Assembly (NCBI RefSeq): GCF_009914755.1
Contig: NC_060935.1
Strand: one strand, 5' to 3'
Source of the DNA: the human T2T-CHM13v2.0 reference genome, Homo sapiens
DNA: 64,000 bases
A program made the translations under genes and the position numbers. Shown here piece by piece: positions 55,764-64,000 of this stretch (positions are counted from its first letter, which is position 1; every line of letters begins with the position of its first letter). The notes under the pieces are model-generated. The model did no database searches, had not been told where the DNA came from, and saw only the letters and a list, made by a program, of their open reading frames with translations.

Positions 55764-57051
55764 TTGAATTTCATTTAAACCTGACATTCAAAGTTTTTCC
55801 ACAGTCTGGCCCCAAACTATCTGTTGCTAATCCCATCTCTCACTAGCCATTTTAGTTTTCCTACCTGTAAGCCTTTATTCACATGGTTCTCCTCAACATG
55901 GAATGCCTTTCCTTCTCACCTCTTTCTCAATAGCAATCCTTCCCATATTTTCGAGACTTTGTTTAAATGGAAAGCCTTCTAGGCATCCCCACTCAGGCTA
56001 GCTCCCTCCTTTATATCCCTCTAATGGAAAGATAGAGGTGCCCGTGATCTGAAATCTCAGCTCCTGAACCAGTTCTCTGCTGTGGCCACAGTCCCACCTT
56101 CCAGAACCCCAAGGAGAATACGAAGAGAGGAAAGGTCAGGCAAATAAGTATTCTTTGTTACTGCCTACGGCTTTGGTCTTAGCCCTGATGTGCTCTCCCA
56201 GTAACCAGGCTTCATTTGCTCCAGCCTTGTTGTTTGGAAATTGAAAGATTCATTAAGTCCAGTGGTTTTTAAACCATTTTTTAAAAAAGTAAAACACTTT
56301 TTTCAAAGAGAATCTTATGGGGGAGATCCAATGTATGAACATGGAGTTTCTCTTGTTGAAATGGTAGAGTGCTTTGGGAACTAGCACCAGATAAACGTTA
56401 TCAAATGAATTTAACTTCGATCAGTTATTCCATTATAAGTACATTATATATTCATCTTTTTAAAAAATTTATCTTTTTCTTGCTCCTTTAGTTCATGAAA
56501 AGTTCAGGTCAAAATCTTGAAGGTGATGACCTCATTTAAAAAAATCCTAAAACCTTGAAAAATATTCTATTAAAACATAACTCTATGCACTCACCTTATG
56601 AAACAAGGATAAAGAGATGTAATCACAGGTAAATTAATATGAAAATGGGAGATCATTTTCGGTTAAAAAAGGTGAAAAAAAATCTGCTACTATCTTAGTC
56701 TGAAATTCTAACTTTCTAGATCTGATTCATGCTGTTGCATGAATGGAATATAATGCTTGAGGAATAATAATTCAAAAGGAAAAGAAAACTGAACAGTGGT
56801 TAAAGAATCATCAACTTGTTTTCATGCAAATGACCAGAATAATGAAATAAGCAATCCTGCCGACAGGCCTACATGTAATTGTTTTTAAATAGGATGCTTG
56901 AAGCATTAGCCACCTAATTCTAGAAGAAATTGATTCATCTTTTCTTCTTCTTGGATAATACCAATCATATACTATACATTAAGACACTGACAAAAATTTG
57001 TATTTCAAAGATACAATTTTTCTTGAACATTGCCATCAAATCATTATTTAC

Positions 57052-57150
57052 TTGACAGTAGGTCATGCTGAAAAAGATATATCTGCTGAGAGTTATGATG
57101 GAAAGAAAGGTTAATGCCTCTAACTTAAAAGGTCCTTTAAAAGGCAATCC
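57052..57150 (-). other. Candidate 99-nt non-coding exon
   Basis: Minus strand: long poly-T run then ccag|GGATTGCC (strong acceptor); donor CAA|gtaaat is weak. Confidence 0.3.
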
Positions 57151-58879
57151 CTGGAAAAAAAAAAAAATCTACCAAGAAAAAGAATATGGCACTTGGTAGA
57201 AATCAAGGAAGACATAGCATTCCTCTCAAAACTTCAACTAATTGCAATAATCCACTCACAATGCCTAAGAAATGCAAGCTGTGTAACCTAAGACAATATA
57301 GAGCTATGTAGCTACAAGGCAAGCATCAATAAAATACTAAGATTCTCCATAATTCAAAGCATTTAAAGTACCAAACACAGACTAGGCTGGATGCAAGCCT
57401 TAGGCAGGGAAAAGGGAAGTCTAAATGGATGGATGTGACTATGAAGGGAACACTTTAGAACTAAGTCATACAAAAACAAGTTATGAGAGGCCCTCCTCCC
57501 CCTCCCAATAATGTCAGGAAGTTAGAGTTATTGAGTAGGCATCACTTATGACAGTGAGAAAAAGGGCTTGCCACCCCCTCCTCTCAAAAACTCCTTCACA
57601 AGGTCACAGATACATCAGTGTTACAAACGCATTTAAAAAATATTACAGCAATAAACTCTGGTTAGAGTGGTTCCACCTCTATATTCACAGGAAAGAACAA
57701 ACTCCAAACTTCTCCTAAATTAAAAGGTAATGTTAGCAAACACATACTCTCTCTGCCTACACATGAAATCTCTCCCCTCTTCTACACAAGACCAAAAGGA
57801 AACCTACTTTCTGTTTAAAGCTAGATCAGTTGTAGGCAATTAACTTTATAAGCTTAACTTTGCCAGTCCTATTTCACAGACTGTATAGTCACACAAATAG
57901 TGGAAGCATCGCCACAAAACAGACTGCCTTACCCATGTCATTTTTTTAAACACAGCAAAAAGCCATTTCTCAGGTTTGATCCGATTACTGTGATCTATTT
58001 TTTGATCCTGTAGCCACTGACTCCAGATACATCTTTATTACTGTACAAGGAAAACTGTTACCCTGAGGTTTAAATTTCCGTATGTTCACCATGCCTCTTC
58101 TAAGAATATATATATCTCAGTTTTAAGACAAGCCTCTCATGAAAGCTGAGGTGAAGAGGAACAGATGACCTCAGAGATAAGTTTCTTGGTTTGTTGCTTC
58201 AACTCTAAAGTGACGATATAGCCTCAGCAATGACTCAAAGTCTAGGTATCCCAGGACTGTGAAGTGATTAAATAAATGGAAAGAGATTCTCTTATCTGGA
58301 CTGCTAGACTAAATCTCTTTAATGATTGCCCAACAACCAAGTATGAACAAACACACTAGAAGTCATTCCTTCAAGATACAAAAGTCAGGCACGTTGATAG
58401 CTCTTCATTCATTATGGGAGAACAAACAACTTCAACTAAGAATTATAGCCCTAAAAAAGCTGATAATAAGACCACCACTAAATTAAATTCATAGACACTA
58501 AGGCCTTGGCATATTCTGTATCCCAACAACCAGTATTTATAAGAAATGAAAAGGATAGGATATATACATATTAGAAATCAAATTGTGTAAAAAATGTTAA
58601 ATGTCATGAAATGGTTAGAGAAGTTGTGACAGAAGTTGAAAGGAAAACATATTCAAGCTGAGAAATTATGTAAGACTTAAAAACACTGGACTTCGGTCTT
58701 TACATATACATGGGATTTAAATATGCCTACGTGGAAGGTATGAGGATAGGACATGTCTATTGGTGGAAACAAGTTGGACGAAATGTGTAGCGGGCATATA
58801 GAAGAGACTCAGGCCATTCAGAGAAGTCTGTTTGATAGGAAGGAGGAAGATAAGTTAGGAGTAGCCCTTAGGGAAGTAC

Positions 58880-59860
<981 letters not shown>

Positions 59861-60402
59861 AAATGCAGTTAAGTGTTTAAAACTGTGGGTTTTGAACATA
59901 GATATAGTTCAGATCCTGGTTCTGATACTTACCATTTGTGTTTCTTGGACAAGGGACCTATTACTGTCCTCTCCTCTTCCTCTTCTGTAAAATGGGGCAA
60001 CAGTGGTAACTATAGGGTGACAGTGAGGATTAAATGAGATCATGAATACAGACACTAAATATAACTGCTGTTTTGTCATTCATATTATTTGAGATAACTG
60101 GAACATCCGGACTGAGATGTCCAAGAGGCACTTTTAGAACATAGTCTGAGGTTTAAATGCAAAAGACATCTTGGTTGTGCACTTAAAAGTAAATTATACT
60201 GCAATTAAAAAAAAAAGTTGGAAGAATTGGGGTTTGAGGCATTTATTTGCCAACTTATTGGATAAGGAGAAGGGTTAAAAAAAGACAGCCGATCAGAAGC
60301 AAGGTAAGGCATGGTTATTAAATATCAGAGACACGTTATATTGTATGAAAAGGGCAATCCTTATTTTCTTGCAAGTAACTTGATGAATTAAAAGAAAAAA
60401 AA

Positions 60403-60707
60403 GGCCGGGCGCAGTGGCTCATGCCTGTAATCCCAGCACTTTGAGAGGCCGAGGTGGGCAGATCATCAGGTCAGGAGATCGAGACCATCCTGGCTAACAC
60501 GGTGAAACCCCATCTCTACTAAAAATACAAAAAATTAGCCTGGCAAGGTGGTGGGTGCCTGCAGTCCCACCTACTCGGGAGGCTGAGGCAGGAGAATGGC
60601 ATGAACCTGGCGGCGGGGAGCCTGCAGTGAGCCAAGATTGCACCACTGTACTCCAGCCTGGGCAACAGAGCAAGACTCCATCTCAAAAAAAAAAGAAAAT
60701 AAAAAAT
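60403..60707 (+). mobile_element. AluY
   Basis: gagatcgagaccatcctggctaacacggtg, ggagaatggcatgaac. Confidence 0.95.
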
Positions 60708-60776
60708 GAATTCCTTCCACTATCCAAGTAAAACTATGAACTTGGAAGGAAGAAATGGGAGAAAAGTGAAAATAGT

Positions 60777-61240
60777 AACTTGGAACCAACCCAAACTTGG
60801 AATAAAACTTGGAACCAACCCAAATGTCTATCAATGGTAGACTGGATTAAGAAAATGTGGCACATATATACCATGCGATACCATGCATCCATAAAAAAGG
60901 ATGAGATCATGTCCTTTGCAGGGACATGGATGAAGCTGGAAACCATCATTTGGAGCAACCTATCACAAAGACAGAAAACCAAACACTGCATGTTCTCACT
61001 CATAGGTGGGAATTGAACAATGAGAACACTTGGACACAGGGCAGGGAACATCATACACCTGTAATGGGGTGAGGGGCAGGGGGAGGGATAGCATTAGGAG
61101 AAATACCTAATGTAAATGACGAGTTAATGGATGCAGCAAACCAATATGGCACATGTATACCTATGTAACAAACCTGCACGTTGTGCACATGTACCCTAGA
61201 ACTTAAAGTAAAATAAAAATAAATAATTAAATAAATAAAA
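60777..61240 (+). mobile_element. L1PA (PA5/PA6-like) 3' fragment with a rearranged 5' junction
   Basis: Primate L1 3' end ...gtaccctagaacttaaagta with A-rich tail. Confidence 0.92.
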
Positions 61241-61249
61241 ACAAAAGGC

Positions 61250-62048
61250 TTCTAAAGTAAAATACAGCCAAATGAGGAGGAAGGTCATCATAACAAATAC
61301 GAGAACCTAGGATTTGTCAAATAATACATATTATAGGCAGATATTAACAAAGGCTGTGTGAAAGTTTAAGAGAATAGAACACTACTCATTATATTTTCAA
61401 AAGGAAAAATTGAAAGGATATACAAGAAATGTATGAAATTGGCAACTATAGGAAGTTGGGTGGGAATGGTACAAAAAACATAGGGAACGAAATGAGAATG
61501 GACAGTTTTGATTTTGAGCCACGTTAATGAGTTATATGTTCAAATTATAAATCAACAATGATAGGAAAGAAATTAAAACAAAATATAAACAGAAATAAAT
61601 GATCCTAACTGTATACCTATTGATACATAACACACACACAAAAAAACTAATCTGTAAATTTGTGAACATGATACTCATCTACCCTCAGTGGGATCTATTT
61701 TAAAGACAAAAAGAGTGGCAAAAAATCCTGCGCTCTACTTGGTAGATTTGTTGTCTACAATGGTCTTGGTGGAGTAATTCCAAAACTATTTTGTACTAAA
61801 AAGACGTTGCTATCACTGGGAAACAGAGTTTTCACCATGGGAGGAAGAAAACACAAATAAGGAATGGGAGATGGAGAGAAAGTACCCTCAGATGTTAGAC
61901 TGGAATTGAATGTATTAGCATGACATTGTGATTTAAATGAATAAACATTTTTAAAATACACTCACACAGTTGACCCTTGAACACAGGGCCCCTACCCCCA
62001 TGCAGCTGAAAATTCACATATAACTTATTTTTGAGACAAAGGATATTT

Positions 62049-62085
<37 letters not shown>

Positions 62086-63390
62086 GTTTGCTCACGGAAA
62101 AGTTTAGAAACAATGACAAGTCAGTAGCAATGAGCACAATTCTTAGATGTGTCCGCTGTCTAAATATCATTCTTTGACTAAAAGGAATCAGGATTCCTTG
62201 GAGAAATAACTGATTCCAGGTATGGGGGCAGGAAAATACAATGTAAACATAGATATCTTCTTGTGACATGAAATACAAAAGAGCTTAAAAATTAATGAGA
62301 ATATATTAAAAGGATACAGGAGCCACTCTGAAGGGGTTCCCACTGGCCAAATCCGATGGTAATGAAACATACCATACTGAACCCATTGTAATTTTCTAAA
62401 AAAAAAAAAAAAAGAGGGGGAAGAGTAGGGAAGGCAAGCTCTTCTTTATTCAGAAATGCCTCTACCCAAGTAGAGGAATTACAGAATTAGAAAATCACAG
62501 TTTTATAACCACGGACATAATATTTGATTCAGACAAGGTTTACCAATGCTGCTCAATCCATTAAGTAAAGGGCCATTAGAGAACAAGATCTTCAGGCTCA
62601 AAACTAAAGAAGACAGAGGGCTCTTCACAACGAAGTTTGCTCACAAGATATGTATACACAAGGTTACTTATTAATTATAAAGGGACAAAAATGGAGAACC
62701 CTACAAATTCACCTACACTCAGTAACTAAATTTATATCTTGAACCAAGGATCAAGCTAGTAATAGGGCAAACTGATATTATGTCCCTCTTGAGGCAGTGT
62801 TACAAGGAAGTTGGCAGTATCAGCTATGCAGGGTTCTTGCAAAAGATGTTTAATCTGAACTGAACCATGAGGAAATGATCAAACAATTTGTAGAACTACA
62901 GAACATTCTACAAAAGAGCAGGTGGATTCATCAAAATGTCAATGCCATAAAAGATACCCCTTAAAAACTCCTTAAAGAAAAAACAGGTGGCAAGCAGGGT
63001 AATGGTTCTAGATTAAAAGAGACTAGAGACCATATCCAATGTGTGATCTCTGATAGATTCTGCAGCAGAGAGAACAAAGTAACTGGGGAAATATGAACAT
63101 AGACTATATAATTTCAATGTAATAATGGTATTGCGTGTGCCCAGGAAAATGTCTTTATTCTTAGGCGCTACATGCTGAAGTATTCATCATGATGCAATGT
63201 GCTTTCATGTGGCTTAGGGAAGAAAAAAGATGAGTATGTGTGTATACATTATTGAGAGAGAGAGAGAAAGCAAATGGGGAAAATGTTAACAGTTGATGGA
63301 TCTAGGTAAAGTAAATACAAGTATTCATTGTATTCTTCTTTCAAGTTGCCTGTGGTTTTGAAATTTTTTGAAATAAAAGTTGAGGGAAAA
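61250..63390 (+). mobile_element. Old L1MC-like 3' region with a Tigger-like fragment (about 61967-62030) and (CA)n at 62051-62081
   Basis: ggagccactctgaaggggttcccactggccaaat and caggaaaatgtctttattcttagg...aataaaagt resemble L1MC 3' UTR. Confidence 0.65.
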
Positions 63391-64000
63391 ATAGACTAGA
63401 ACCTTCTGAAAGACAAAGATGAACCTAACACAGTGTCTGGTATAAAAGCAGATACTCAATTTTAAAGTCATTTTTAAATGCTCATTTTTCTACCAAATGT
63501 CTTATGGGTTAGCTACAGAAACACCATTTCTTTATTAAACATAGTATATAAAATATAAAAAACTGCATGAAACAATATGTCCTTTCTGTATTAGAAGACC
63601 CAGAAATTAGAGATTATAATCATTGTCAGTTTCCCCAAGATTACAAAATGATTCCATTTACTTATCAAAAAACATTCAACTCCAGTTAGGATCTTGCTGT
63701 CACGGTGTTCTTCAGTTTCACCTTAGAGATGACTGAGTACATCCTGAATTAATCCTTTTTACATAGTATTTTCTTTTTCAGTATTCCCTAATGTGGAAGA
63801 CTTACAAAAGTTATTATTATTAGCAGTAGCCAGAGAAATAACCCCCACCACTAGGTATTGCTGTTTTAATAAAAGTGATTGATAAATAGAGATAGGTAAA
63901 TAGGCAGAAAACACTTCCTACTTAAGAGTGTTCATATATATTATTTTATTTTTGCCATCTTGTAAAGTAAGCAGTTTGATTAAAGCACTGGGTTTTACTA

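Noticed and set aside
60780-61016. ORF resembling the L1 ORF2p C-terminus ([22 protein letters not shown])
   Set aside because: It is the tail of a 5'-truncated L1PA, with no promoter or RT/endonuclease domains.

Overview
Primate (human-like) genomic DNA, AT-rich, with no CpG island. I found no credible protein-coding ORF; the listed ORFs are Alu/L1/LTR-derived or chance. The window looks like the long 5' intronic region of a minus-strand gene I cannot name. Supporting this: the + strand is A-rich by eye, the larger L1 pieces are all on + (antisense to a minus-strand host), and several splice-site-bounded non-coding exon candidates lie on the minus strand. The last candidate (202->1) ends in an ATG with -3A at the window edge. 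Much of the rest is interspersed repeat: 14 Alus, two THE1 solo LTRs with perfect 5-bp TSDs, an LTR41-like LTR, L1PA/L1M, L2, MIR and MER DNA transposons. Best lead: a host-sense THE1 LTR (37871-38235) with a perfect DUX4 motif, a strong splice donor and a mutated poly(A) signal, 1.7 kb upstream of the best exon candidate, so possibly an LTR-driven alternative first exon. Other leads: a CpG-rich CTCF-like element at about 31.5 kb, two dispersed non-TE duplications, and unusual L1 junctions. Repeat subfamily calls are from memory of consensus sequences, not from a search. I saw no evidence of a wholly new biological system.
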